Source of the DNA: a virus
Taxonomy: Duplodnaviria; Heunggongvirae; Uroviricota; Caudoviricetes
Length of the DNA: 49,941 nucleotides
IMG/VR virus record: IMGVR_UViG_2529293060_000008
Direction: 5' to 3' (one strand)
The notes beneath the pieces were generated by a model. The model was not told the DNA's origin. It saw nothing but the letters and a program-made list of their open reading frames with translations, and made no database searches. Position 1 is the stretch's first letter, and the number at the start of each line of letters is the position of its first letter. The position numbers and the translations under genes are program-made. Positions 40,618-49,941 of this stretch are shown here, piece by piece.

Positions 40618-43600
40618 ATGGGTAAAGGAAGCAGTAAGGGGCATACCCCGCGCGAAGCGAGGGACAACCTGAAGTCCACGCAGCTGCTGAGTGTGATCGA
40701 TGCCATCAGCGAAGGGCCGGTTGAAGGTCCGGTGGACGGATTAAAAAGCGTGCTGCTGAACAGTACGCCGGTGCTGGACAGTGAGGGGAATACCAATATA
40801 TCCGGTGTCACGGTGGTGTTCCGGGCAGGTGAGCAGGAGCAGACACCGCCGGAGGGATTTGAATCCTCCGGCTCCGAGACGGTGCTGGGTACGGAAGTGA
40901 AATATGACACGCCGATCACCCGGACCATCACGTCGGCAAACATCGACCGTCTGCGCTTTACCTTCGGTGTGCAGGCACTGGTGGAAACCACCTCAAAGGG
41001 GGACAGGAATCCGTCGGAAGTCCGCCTGCTGGTTCAGATCCAGCGTAACGGTGGCTGGGTGACGGAAAAAGACATCACCATTAAGGGCAAAACCACCTCG
41101 CAGTATCTGGCCTCGGTGGTGGTGGATAACCTGCCGCCGCGCCCGTTTAATATCCGGATGCGCAGAATGACGCCGGACAGCACCACAGACCAGCTGCAGA
41201 ACAAAACGCTCTGGTCGTCATACACCGAAATCATCGATGTGAAACAGTGCTACCCGAACACGGCACTGGTCGGCGTGCAGGTGGACTCGGAACAGTTCGG
41301 CAGCCAGCAGGTGAGCCGTAATTATCATCTTCGCGGGCGCATTCTGCAGGTGCCGTCGAACTATAACCCGCAGACGCGGCAATACAGCGGTATCTGGGAC
41401 GGAACGTTTAAGCCAGCATACAGCAACAACATGGCCTGGTGTCTGTGGGATATGCTGACCCATCCGCGCTACGGCATGGGGAAGCGTCTCGGTGCGGCGG
41501 ATGTGGACAAATGGGCGCTGTATGTCATCGGCCAGAATTGCGACCAGTCGGTGCCGGATGGCTTTGGTGGCACGGAGCCGCGCATCACCTGTAATGCCTG
41601 GCTGACCACACAGCGCAAGGCGTGGGATGTTCTCAGTGATTTCTGCTCGGCGATGCGCTGTATGCCGGTATGGAACGGGCAGACGCTGACGTTCGTGCAG
41701 GACCGACCGTCGGATAAGGTGTGGACCTATAACCGCAGTAATGTGGTGATGCCGGATGATGGTGCGCCGTTCCGCTACAGCTTCAGCGCCCTGAAAGACC
41801 GCCATAATGCTGTTGAGGTGAACTGGATTGACCCGGATAACGGCTGGGAGACGGCGACAGAGCTTGTGGAGGACACGCAGGCCATTGCCCGTTACGGTCG
41901 TAACGTCACGAAGATGGATGCCTTTGGCTGTACCAGCCGGGGGCAGGCACACCGCGCCGGGCTGTGGCTGATTAAAACGGAACTGCTGGAGACGCAGACC
42001 GTGGATTTCAGCGTGGGTGCTGAAGGGCTTCGCCATGTACCGGGCGATGTCATTGAAATCTGCGATGATGACTATGCCGGTATCAGCACCGGTGGTCGCG
42101 TGCTGGCGGTGAACAGCCAGACCCGGACGCTGACGCTCGACCGTGAAATCACGCTGCCATCCTCCGGTACCACGCTGATAAGCCTGGTTGACGGTCAGGG
42201 TAATCCGGTCAGCGTGGAGGTCCAGTCCGTCACCGACGGCGTGAAGGTGAAAGTGAGCCGTGTTCCTGACGGCGTTGCAGAATACAGCGTGTGGGGGCTG
42301 AAGCTGCCGACGCTGCGCCAGCGCCTGTTCCGCTGCGTGAGTATCCGTGAGAACGATGACGGCACGTATGCCATCACCGCCGTGCAGCATGTACCGGAGA
42401 AAGAAGCCATCGTGGATAACGGGGCGCACTTTGACGGTGACCAGAGCGGCACGGTGAATGGTGTCACGCCGCCAGCAGTGCAGCACCTGACCGCCGAAGT
42501 CACTGCAGACAGCGGGGAATATCAGGTGCTGGCGCGATGGGACACACCGAAGGTGGTGAAGGGCGTGAGCTTCCTGCTCCGTCTGACCGTAACAGCGGAC
42601 GACGGCAGTGAGCGACTGGTCAGCACGGCCCGGACGACGGAAACCACATACCGCTTCACGCAACTGGCGCTGGGGAACTACAGGCTGACAGTCCGGGCGG
42701 TAAATGCCCGGGGGCAGCAGGGCGATCCGGCGTCGGTATCGTTCCGGATTGCCGCACCGGCAGCACCGTCGAGGATTGAGCTGACGCCGGGCTATTTTCA
42801 GATAACCGCCACGCCGCATCTTGCCGTTTATGACCCGACGGTACAGTTTGAGTTCTGGTTCTCGGAAAAGCGGATTGCGGATATCAGGCAGATTGAAACC
42901 GCAGCCCGCTATCTTGGCTCGGCGCTGTACTGGATAGCTGCCAGTATCAATATCAAACCGGGCCATGATTATTATTTTTATATCCGCAGTGTGAATACTG
43001 TTGGCAAATCGGCATTCGTGGAGGCTGTCGGTCGGGCGAGCGATGATGCGGAAGGTTACCTGGATTTTTTCAAAGGAGAAATCGGGAAAACACATCTGGC
43101 CCAGGAGTTGTGGACGCAGATTGATAACGGTCAGCTTGCGCCGGACCTGGCTGAAATCAGGACGTCCATTACGAATGTCAGCAATGAAATCACGCAGACC
43201 GTCAATAAAAAAATGGAAGACCAGAGTGCGGCAATCCAGCAGATACAGAAAGTTCAGGTTGATACAAATAATAACCTGAACAGCATGTGGGCCGTGAAAC
43301 TGCAGCAGATGAAGGACGGACGCCTTTATATTGCGGGTATCGGTGCCGGTATTGAGAACACCCCTGACGGCATGCAGAGTCAGGTGCTTCTGGCTGCTGA
43401 CCGGATTGCGATGATTAATCCTGCGAATGGCAACACAAAGCCGATGTTTGTTGGTCAGGGCGATCAGATATTCATGAACGACGTGTTCCTGAAACGCCTG
43501 ACGGCTCCGACCATTACCAGCGGCGGTAATCCTCCGGCATTTTCCCTGACACCGGACGGGCGGCTGACGGTGAAAAATGCCGATATCAGCGGTAACGTGA

Positions 43601-44097
43601 ATGCGAACTCCGGGACGCTCAACAACGTCACGATTAACGAGAACTGTCGGGTTCTGGGAAAATTGTCCGCGAACCAGATTGAAGGCGATCTCGTTAAAAC
43701 AGTGGGCAAAGCTTTCCCCCGGGACTCCCGTGCACCGGAGCGGTGGCCATCAGGAACCATTACCGTCAGGGTTTATGACGATCAGCCGTTTGACCGGCAG
43801 ATTGTTATTCCGGCGGTGGCATTCAGCGGCGCTAAACATGAGAAAGAGCATACTGATATTTACTCCTCATGCCGTCTGATAGTGCGGAAAAACGGTGCTG
43901 AAATTTATAACCGTACCGCGCTGGATAATACGCTGATTTACAGTGGTGTTATTGATATGCCTGCCGGTCACGGTCACATGACACTGGAGTTTTCGGTGTC
44001 AGCATGGCTGGTAAATAACTGGTATCCCACAGCAAGTATCAGCGATTTGCTGGTTGTGGTGATGAAGAAAGCCACTGCAGGCATCACGATTAGCTGA
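40618..44097 (+). CDS. J: Central tail fibre / host-specificity protein J
   Basis: 1159 aa; N-terminus [54 protein letters not shown] matches lambda gpJ. Confidence 0.95.
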   Translation: MGKGSSKGHTPREARDNLKSTQLLSVIDAISEGPVEGPVDGLKSVLLNSTPVLDSEGNTNISGVTVVFRAGEQEQTPPEGFESSGSETVLGTEVKYDTPITRTITSANIDRLRFTFGVQALVETTSKGDRNPSEVRLLVQIQRNGGWVTEKDITIKGKTTSQYLASVVVDNLPPRPFNIRMRRMTPDSTTDQLQNKTLWSSYTEIIDVKQCYPNTALVGVQVDSEQFGSQQVSRNYHLRGRILQVPSNYNPQTRQYSGIWDGTFKPAYSNNMAWCLWDMLTHPRYGMGKRLGAADVDKWALYVIGQNCDQSVPDGFGGTEPRITCNAWLTTQRKAWDVLSDFCSAMRCMPVWNGQTLTFVQDRPSDKVWTYNRSNVVMPDDGAPFRYSFSALKDRHNAVEVNWIDPDNGWETATELVEDTQAIARYGRNVTKMDAFGCTSRGQAHRAGLWLIKTELLETQTVDFSVGAEGLRHVPGDVIEICDDDYAGISTGGRVLAVNSQTRTLTLDREITLPSSGTTLISLVDGQGNPVSVEVQSVTDGVKVKVSRVPDGVAEYSVWGLKLPTLRQRLFRCVSIRENDDGTYAITAVQHVPEKEAIVDNGAHFDGDQSGTVNGVTPPAVQHLTAEVTADSGEYQVLARWDTPKVVKGVSFLLRLTVTADDGSERLVSTARTTETTYRFTQLALGNYRLTVRAVNARGQQGDPASVSFRIAAPAAPSRIELTPGYFQITATPHLAVYDPTVQFEFWFSEKRIADIRQIETAARYLGSALYWIAASINIKPGHDYYFYIRSVNTVGKSAFVEAVGRASDDAEGYLDFFKGEIGKTHLAQELWTQIDNGQLAPDLAEIRTSITNVSNEITQTVNKKMEDQSAAIQQIQKVQVDTNNNLNSMWAVKLQQMKDGRLYIAGIGAGIENTPDGMQSQVLLAADRIAMINPANGNTKPMFVGQGDQIFMNDVFLKRLTAPTITSGGNPPAFSLTPDGRLTVKNADISGNVNANSGTLNNVTINENCRVLGKLSANQIEGDLVKTVGKAFPRDSRAPERWPSGTITVRVYDDQPFDRQIVIPAVAFSGAKHEKEHTDIYSSCRLIVRKNGAEIYNRTALDNTLIYSGVIDMPAGHGHMTLEFSVSAWLVNNWYPTASISDLLVVVMKKATAGITIS

Positions 44098-44115
44098 ATT
44101 TTATAACCCAGATAC

Positions 44116-44141
44116 GGGCGCCAGAAATGGCGCCTTTTTTA
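44116..44141 (+). terminator. Rho-independent terminator after J
   Basis: GGCGCC-agaaat-GGCGCC followed by TTTTTTATT. Confidence 0.6.
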
Positions 44142-44164
44142 TTGCAGAAAAGCGAGAGGTAATT

Positions 44165-44764
44165 ATGCGTAAATTATGTACTGTTATTTTGTCCGCAGTA
44201 GTCTGGCAGGTCGCCGCTGCTACGCCAGCGAGTGCAGCAGAACATCAGTCCACGCTGAGCGCGGGGTATCTCCATGCCTCGACGAACGTTCCCGGTAGTG
44301 ATGATCTGAACGGGATTAACGTGAAATACCGTTATGAGTTTACGGACGCGCTGGGGCTAATTACGTCCTTCAGTTATGCCAATGCTGAGGATGAGCAAAA
44401 AACGCGCTACAGCGATACCCGCTGGCATGAAGATTCCGTGCGTAACCGCTGGTTCAGCGTGATGGCGGGGCCGTCTGTACGCGTGAATGAATGGTTCAGC
44501 GCGTATTCGATGGCGGGTGTGGCTTACAGCCGTGTGTCGACTTTCTCCGGGGATTATCTCCGCGTAACTGACAACAAGGGGAAAACGCACGATGTGCTGA
44601 CCGGAAGTGATGACGGTCGCCACAGCAACACGTCTCTGGCGTGGGGGGCTGGCGTGCAGTTTAACCCGACCGAATCCGTGACCATTGACCTTGCTTATGA
44701 AGGTTCCGGTAGTGGCGACTGGCGATCGGATGCATTTATTGTTGGTATCGGATACCGTTTCTGA
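44165..44764 (+). CDS. lom: Lom outer-membrane protein (Ail/Lom family, lysogenic conversion)
   Basis: 199 aa matching lambda Lom (…EHQSTLSAGYLHASTNVPGSDDLNGINVKYRYEFTDALGL…AYEGSGSGDWRSDAFIVGIGYRF). Confidence 0.95.
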   Translation: MRKLCTVILSAVVWQVAAATPASAAEHQSTLSAGYLHASTNVPGSDDLNGINVKYRYEFTDALGLITSFSYANAEDEQKTRYSDTRWHEDSVRNRWFSVMAGPSVRVNEWFSAYSMAGVAYSRVSTFSGDYLRVTDNKGKTHDVLTGSDDGRHSNTSLAWGAGVQFNPTESVTIDLAYEGSGSGDWRSDAFIVGIGYRF

Positions 44765-44870
44765 CAACAGACGCCGATTTATCTTCTGTAAATATTGTTA
44801 TGATACGCAGGTTCATCCACCTTATGGGGTGAACTGCGTTTGAGGAAACGTAAAGTTACACTGTCCTGAA

Positions 44871-44901
44871 GCCCGTGGCGTCACTGCTGCGGGCTTTTTT
44901 T
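44871..44901 (+). terminator. Rho-independent terminator after lom
   Basis: GCCCG...CGGGC stem (gcccgtggcgtcactgctgcgggc) followed by TTTTTTTATT. Confidence 0.55.
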
Positions 44902-44915
44902 ATTGGTGGAAAAGT

Positions 44916-47900
44916 ATGACAGTAAAAATTTCTGGCGTGCTTAAAGATGGCACAGGAAAACCAGTACAGAACTGCACCATTGTGCTGAAGGCCAGACGAA
45001 CCAGCAGCACGGTGGTGGTGAACACGGTGGCCTCTGAAAATCCGGATGAAGCCGGACGTTACAGCATGGATGTTGAGCATGGTCAGTACAGCGTCACCCT
45101 GCTGGTTGAAGGTTTTCCGCCTTCACATGCCGGGACCATTACCGTCTATGAAGGTTCCAGACCAGGTACGCTGAATGATTTTCTCGGTGCCATGACGGAG
45201 GATGATGTCCGACCGGAGGCACTGCGCCGCTTTGAGCAGATGGTGGAAGAAGTGTCACGTAACGCCTCCGCGGTTGCACAGAATACGGCAGCCGCGAAAA
45301 AATCAGCCAGCGATGCCAGTGCATCAGCCAGCGAGGCGGTAACTCATGCAACCGATGCTGCAGCCTCAGCACGTGCCGCCAGCACGTCAGCCGGACAGGC
45401 CGCGTCGTCGGCTCAGTCAGCGTCTTCCAGCGCAGGAACGGCATCAACAAAGGCCAGTGAAGCATCGAAAAGTGCTGCTGCTGCAGAGTCCTCAAAAAGC
45501 GCGGCAGCTACCAGTGCCGCTGCGGCGAAAACGTCAGAAACGAATGCGGCAGCGTCACAACAATCAGCAGCCACTTCTGCATCCGCCGCGACCACGAAGG
45601 CGTCAGAAGCAGCCACCTCAGCCCGGGATGCGGCGGCCTCAAAAGAGGCAGCGAAATCATCAGAAACGAACGCATCATCAAGCGCCAGTAGTGCCGCTTC
45701 CTCGGCAACGGCGGCAGGCAATTCCGCGAAGGCGGCAAAGACGTCTGAGACAAACGCCAGGTCTTCTGAAACGGCAGCGGGACAGAGCGCCTCAGCTGCG
45801 GCAGACTCAAAAACAGCGGCTGCATTATCTGCCAGTGCCGCGTCAACAAGTGCCGGGCAGGCCTCAGCCAGTGCCACCGCCGCCGGAAAATCGGCAGAAA
45901 GTGCTGCATCGTCTGCTTCAACAGCCACAACGAAGGCTGGCGAAGCCGCTGTACAGGCCAGCGCAGCAGCGAGGTCTGCTTCCGCAGCGAAGACATCCGA
46001 GACGAACGCGAAAGCGTCGGAAACCAGCGCAGAATCCTCAAAAACGGCTGCCGCATCGTCCGCCAGTTCGGCGGCGTCATCGGCATCATCTGCGTCTGCT
46101 TCAAAAGATGAGGCGACCAGACAGGCGTCAGCAGCAAAGGGCAGCGCCACGACGGCATCCACGAAGGCGACAGAGGCAGCTGGCAGTGCGACGGCGGCAG
46201 CTCAGAGCAAAAGTACGGCGGAATCCGCGGCAACGCGCGCTGAGACAGCGGCAAAACGGGCAGAGGATATTGCATCCGCCGTGGCGCTTGAGGATGCGAG
46301 CACGACGAAAAAGGGGATAGTACAGCTCAGCAGTGCGACTAACAGCACTTCCGAGTCACTGGCGGCAACGCCAAAAGCCGTTAAGGCCGCGTATGAGCTG
46401 GCTAACGGGAAATACACCGCACAGGATGCAACGACAGCACAGAAAGGGATAGTTCAGCTTAGCAACGCGACCAACAGCACATCTGAAATGCTGGCGGCAA
46501 CGCCAAAGTCGGTAAAGGCAGCCTATGACCTTGCTAACGGGAAATATACTGCTCAGGACGCTACGACAGCACAAAAAGGAATTGTCCAGCTCAGTAGTGC
46601 AACCAACAGCACATCTGAAATGCTGGCGGCAACGCCAAAGTCGGTAAAGGCAGCCTATGACCTTGCTAACGGGAAATATACTGCTCAGGACGCTACGACA
46701 GCACAAAAAGGAATTGTCCAGCTCAGTAGTGCAACCAACAGCGCATCTGAAACGCTTGCCGCGACACCGAAAGCAGTGAAAGCAGCTAATGATAATGCGA
46801 ATGGTCGGGTACCTTCTGCCCGTAAGGTGAATGGTAAGGCGCTTTCAGCGGATATAACACTGACGCCGAAAGATATTGGTACGCTTAACTCAACAACAAT
46901 GTCATTCAGCGGTGGTGCTGGTTGGTTCAAATTAGCAACGGTAACCATGCCACAGGCGAGTTCTGTTGTTTCAATTACGTTGATTGGTGGCGCGGGATTT
47001 AACGTGGGGTCACCTCAACAGGCAGGTATATCTGAACTTGTTTTGCGTGCAGGTAATGGTAATCCGAAGGGGATTACTGGTGCTTTATGGCAGCGCACAT
47101 CGACAGGGTTTACAAATTTTGCCTGGGTCAATACATCTGGTGATACTTACGATATTTACGTTGCAATCGGAAATTATGCGACTGGTGTAAATATTCAATG
47201 GGATTATACCAGTAATGCCAGCGTGACGATTCATACGTCACCAGCATATTCTGCTAATAAGCCGGAAGGGTTAACGGACGGTACAGTTTATTCACTCTAT
47301 ACGCCATCAGAGCAGTTTTATCCGCCTGGCGCACCAATCCCGTGGCCATCAGATACCGTTCCGTCTGGCTATGCCCTGATGCAGGGGCAGACTTTTGACA
47401 AATCTGCATACCCGAAACTTGCAGCCGCTTATCCGTCAGGCGTGATCCCTGATATGCGTGGCTGGACGATTAAGGGCAAACCCGCCAGTGGTCGTGCCGT
47501 ATTGTCTCAGGAACAGGACGGCATTAAATCGCACACCCACAGCGCCAGCGCATCCAGTACGGATTTGGGGACGAAAAACACATCGTCGTTTGATTACGGA
47601 ACCAAATCCACGAATAACACCGGGGCGCATACGCACAGTCTGAGTGGCTCTACGGGGTCTGCCGGTGATCATACTCATGGTAATGGTATTCGTTGGCCAG
47701 GAGGCGGCGGTTCTGCGTTAGCATTTTATGATGGCGGTGGGTTCACTTATGTCCAGGATTCACAGTATCAAGTAAGCCCGGGGACTTCTTCCCGTAGATC
47801 GTATTATCAACGTATTCAGACACAGTCAGCAGGTGCTCATACCCACTCGCTGTCTGGTACTGCAGCAAGTTCTGGCGCACATGCACATACTGTAGGTATT

Positions 47901-48023
47901 GGTGCGCATACGCACTCCGTTGCGATTGGTTCACATGGACACACCATCACCGTTAACGCTGCTGGTAACGCGGAAAACACCGTCAAAAACATCGCATTTA
48001 ACTATATTGTGAGGCTTGCATAA
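44916..48023 (+). CDS. stf: Side tail fibre protein
   Basis: 1035 aa; N-terminus [60 protein letters not shown]... as lambda Stf; long Ala/Ser-rich tract, tandem fibre repeats and His-rich C-terminal motifs (GAHTHS). Confidence 0.9.
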   Translation: MTVKISGVLKDGTGKPVQNCTIVLKARRTSSTVVVNTVASENPDEAGRYSMDVEHGQYSVTLLVEGFPPSHAGTITVYEGSRPGTLNDFLGAMTEDDVRPEALRRFEQMVEEVSRNASAVAQNTAAAKKSASDASASASEAVTHATDAAASARAASTSAGQAASSAQSASSSAGTASTKASEASKSAAAAESSKSAAATSAAAAKTSETNAAASQQSAATSASAATTKASEAATSARDAAASKEAAKSSETNASSSASSAASSATAAGNSAKAAKTSETNARSSETAAGQSASAAADSKTAAALSASAASTSAGQASASATAAGKSAESAASSASTATTKAGEAAVQASAAARSASAAKTSETNAKASETSAESSKTAAASSASSAASSASSASASKDEATRQASAAKGSATTASTKATEAAGSATAAAQSKSTAESAATRAETAAKRAEDIASAVALEDASTTKKGIVQLSSATNSTSESLAATPKAVKAAYELANGKYTAQDATTAQKGIVQLSNATNSTSEMLAATPKSVKAAYDLANGKYTAQDATTAQKGIVQLSSATNSTSEMLAATPKSVKAAYDLANGKYTAQDATTAQKGIVQLSSATNSASETLAATPKAVKAANDNANGRVPSARKVNGKALSADITLTPKDIGTLNSTTMSFSGGAGWFKLATVTMPQASSVVSITLIGGAGFNVGSPQQAGISELVLRAGNGNPKGITGALWQRTSTGFTNFAWVNTSGDTYDIYVAIGNYATGVNIQWDYTSNASVTIHTSPAYSANKPEGLTDGTVYSLYTPSEQFYPPGAPIPWPSDTVPSGYALMQGQTFDKSAYPKLAAAYPSGVIPDMRGWTIKGKPASGRAVLSQEQDGIKSHTHSASASSTDLGTKNTSSFDYGTKSTNNTGAHTHSLSGSTGSAGDHTHGNGIRWPGGGGSALAFYDGGGFTYVQDSQYQVSPGTSSRRSYYQRIQTQSAGAHTHSLSGTAASSGAHAHTVGIGAHTHSVAIGSHGHTITVNAAGNAENTVKNIAFNYIVRLA
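46302..46800 (+). repeat. About 3.7 tandem copies of a 132-bp (44-codon) repeat inside stf
   Basis: Units begin at about 46302, 46431, 46563 and 46695 (…[44 protein letters not shown]…); copies 2 and 3 are near-identical over about 85 nt. Confidence 0.9.
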
Positions 48024-48607
48024 TGGCATTCAGAATGAGTGAACAAGCACGGACCATAAAAATTTATAATCTGCTGGCCGGAACTAATGAATTTATTGGT
48101 GAAGGTGACGCATATATTCCGCCTCATACAGGTCTGCCAGCAAACAGTACCGATATTGCACCACCAGATATTCCTGCTGGCTTTGTGGCTGTTTTCAACA
48201 GTGATGAGGCATCGTGGCATCTCGTTGAAGACCATCGGGGTAAAACGGTTTATGACGTAGCGTCAGGGGACGAGTTATTTATTTCTGAACTCGGTCCGTT
48301 ACCGGAAAATGTTACCTGGTTATCGCCGGAAGGGGAGTTTCAGAAGTGGAACGGCACAGCCTGGGTGAAGGATACGGAAGCAGAAAAAATGTTCCGGATC
48401 CGGGAGGCGGAAGAAACAAAAAACAACCTGATGCAGGTAGCCAGTGAGCATATTGCGCCGCTTCAGGATGCTGCAGATCTGGAAATTGCAACGGAGGAAG
48501 AAACCTCATTGCTGGAAGCCTGGAAAAAGTATCGGGTGTTGCTGAACCGTGTTGATACATCAACTGCACCTGATATTGAGTGGCCTACGAACCCTGTCAG
48601 GGAGTAA
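48023..48607 (+). CDS. tfa: Tail fibre assembly protein
   Basis: 194 aa matching lambda Tfa ([80 protein letters not shown]...); ATG overlaps the stf stop. Confidence 0.95.
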   Translation: MAFRMSEQARTIKIYNLLAGTNEFIGEGDAYIPPHTGLPANSTDIAPPDIPAGFVAVFNSDEASWHLVEDHRGKTVYDVASGDELFISELGPLPENVTWLSPEGEFQKWNGTAWVKDTEAEKMFRIREAEETKNNLMQVASEHIAPLQDAADLEIATEEETSLLEAWKKYRVLLNRVDTSTAPDIEWPTNPVRE

Positions 48608-48621
48608 TCATTGGGATTATG

Positions 48622-48670
48622 CCGCAGCACGTCTTAAGCAAGAACGTGCTGCGGTTAGATGCTATTTTTT
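48622..48670 (+). terminator. Stem-loop plus T-run after tfa
   Basis: CCGCAGCACGT-cttaagcaagA-ACGTGCTGCGG followed a few bases later by TATTTTTT; the same hairpin recurs at about 49670..49700. Confidence 0.45.
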
Positions 48671-49330
48671 CCCTGAAGCGGAAAACATTACTACAGTACC
48701 TTGAACCTTGGTTTTAACATTCTCGAAATGCTCTGAGAGTATATGTGTTAAGCCTTCTTCGGAATCTTTTGTGTTTGAAAAGATGCCTTTCTGATTGTAA
48801 ATGCGCATCAGTTTTTGACCGAAGCTATTGTGCACAACTCCATCGCCAAGAATTGTGGCTCCGTATAGAGTTCCATCGTCAGTTAAGGCCTGCGCCGCAT
48901 TGCGTATTACACAGCTTTTTGTAGATATATTTCCAGGCAGGCAGTGAAGAAGGTAAAACATGGAAATGGAATCAAATTGACCATGTAACGCCGCGGGATA
49001 AGGTTCAAAAACATCATGGCTAATTTTATGTTTAATTTTTGATTCCCCAGCCCTTGTAGATGCCGCGTTCAGGCTAGCTTCGTTCAAATCCATTAAAGAT
49101 ATCAGACTACTCTCAGGTACGTGAGTAAGGTAAAACCCAGTTCCAACACCAATATCCAGATGGTTGTTACCTACATGTTCCAGAAAGTGTGGAAGAAGGT
49201 GTTCCTTTGTAGGACATCCCCATGCAAGCCGATTTGATACTCCCAAAACCCACCAGTCATAAAGCTTTAGGGTAAGTGGTGTGTAAATTTTAGCCCCATC
49301 ATCTGTGTTTTTTTTCATTGATTTCACCAT
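48662..49330 (-). CDS. Class I SAM-dependent methyltransferase (substrate unknown)
   Basis: 222 aa with motif I LDIGVGTGFY; opposite strand to the tail fibre genes; flanked by duplicated tfa 3' ends. Confidence 0.6.
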   Translation of the reverse strand: MVKSMKKNTDDGAKIYTPLTLKLYDWWVLGVSNRLAWGCPTKEHLLPHFLEHVGNNHLDIGVGTGFYLTHVPESSLISLMDLNEASLNAASTRAGESKIKHKISHDVFEPYPAALHGQFDSISMFYLLHCLPGNISTKSCVIRNAAQALTDDGTLYGATILGDGVVHNSFGQKLMRIYNQKGIFSNTKDSEEGLTHILSEHFENVKTKVQGTVVMFSASGKK

Positions 49331-49386
49331 GTTATAGTTTTATTTGTGAATTAAATCAATTATGGCGATGAATTACAAGGGGTTAA

Positions 49387-49656
49387 ATGCTGCCGCAGCA
49401 TAGCGATATTGAAATAGCCTGGTATGCTTCGATACAGCAGGAGCCGAATGGCTGGAAGACCGTCACCACACAGTTCTACATCCAGGAATTCAGTGAGTAT
49501 ATTGCGCCACTGCAGGATGCTGTAGATCTGGAAATCGCAACGGAGGAAGAAAGATCGTTGCTGGAGGCATGGAATAAATATCGGGTATTGTTGAATCGTG
49601 TTGATACATCAACTGCACCTGATATTGAGTGGCCTGCAAATCCTGTCAGGGAGTAA
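49387..49656 (+). pseudogene. Tfa C-terminal fragment (duplicated 3' part of tfa)
   Basis: C-terminal 50 residues ([51 protein letters not shown]) near-identical to the Tfa C-terminus; N-terminal part unrelated. Confidence 0.6.
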
Positions 49657-49770
49657 TCATTGGGATTATGCCGCAGACACGTCGTATGCAGGAACGTGCT
49701 GCGGTTAGTTTGTGAGCTTTCGATAGTGGTTGTTATTTTTGCCCTTATTTGTTCCGGAGGCCATGGTTCA

Positions 49771-49941
49771 ATGGTCCGTCTGCCCCCTGTGGTGATGTCA
49801 GCAAAATCAGCCACTGCGCGAACCACAATAGCCCGGGAAGATGCTGAAGATCACCAGGTAAAGCTATCAGCGCAGAAACTGGAAGAACTGCTCGCATCAA
49901 TGGTTAAGGATGAGGTTGATCGCAATGATGGGATTTATTGA
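49771..49941 (+). CDS. Hypothetical protein, 5' partial (continues beyond the window)
   Basis: ORF open to the window end; in-frame ATG at 49771 preceded by GGAGG; no recognised family. Confidence 0.25.
   Translation: MVRLPPVVMSAKSATARTTIAREDAEDHQVKLSAQKLEELLASMVKDEVDRNDGIY

Noticed and set aside
41218-43095. 625-aa minus-strand ORF inside J
   Set aside because: Lies entirely antisense to the well-supported J gene; long antisense ORFs are common in GC-rich coding sequence; no ribosome-binding site or independent support.
45346-46320. 324-aa Arg/Pro/Gln-rich plus-strand ORF and 249/255-aa minus-strand ORFs over the stf Ala/Ser-rich tract
   Set aside because: Alternative-frame translations of the low-complexity GC-rich repeat region of stf; stf itself is continuous and lambda-like.

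Overview
Almost the whole window is one lambda-family prophage integrated at the lambda attB site beside host ybhC (1..1284). The attL core GCTTTTTTATACTAA is at 1331..1345 and the prophage runs off the right edge. Gene order is lambda-like: int-xis, an accessory block, exo-bet-gam, immunity region (cI-like / cro-like), O-P-ren, a nin region with an IS66-family insertion, ninB-ninE-ybcO-rusA-ylcG-Q, an antisense porin, a phage-21-type lysis cassette, bor, cos, then a complete lambda-type head and tail set (nu1 through J), lom, stf and tfa. The most interesting locus is a two-gene cassette at 8837..10485 sitting between the candidate OL/pL and cI, where lambda carries rexAB: an ImmA/IrrE-type Zn-peptidase translationally coupled to a PIN-like nuclease. 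It looks like a lysogen-expressed toxin-antitoxin or anti-phage module that I cannot assign to a characterised system. Other accessory loci are a zinc-ribbon gene split by the IS66 element, a HEPN-motif ORF, a lipoprotein gene between tail genes I and J, a possible TGT/DpdA-like gene, and a SAM-methyltransferase flanked by duplicated tfa 3' ends. All calls rest on reading the sequence and ORF translations and on recalled protein sequences and motifs; no searches were run. Start codons were re-chosen where the ORF track began at a non-ATG or upstream codon.
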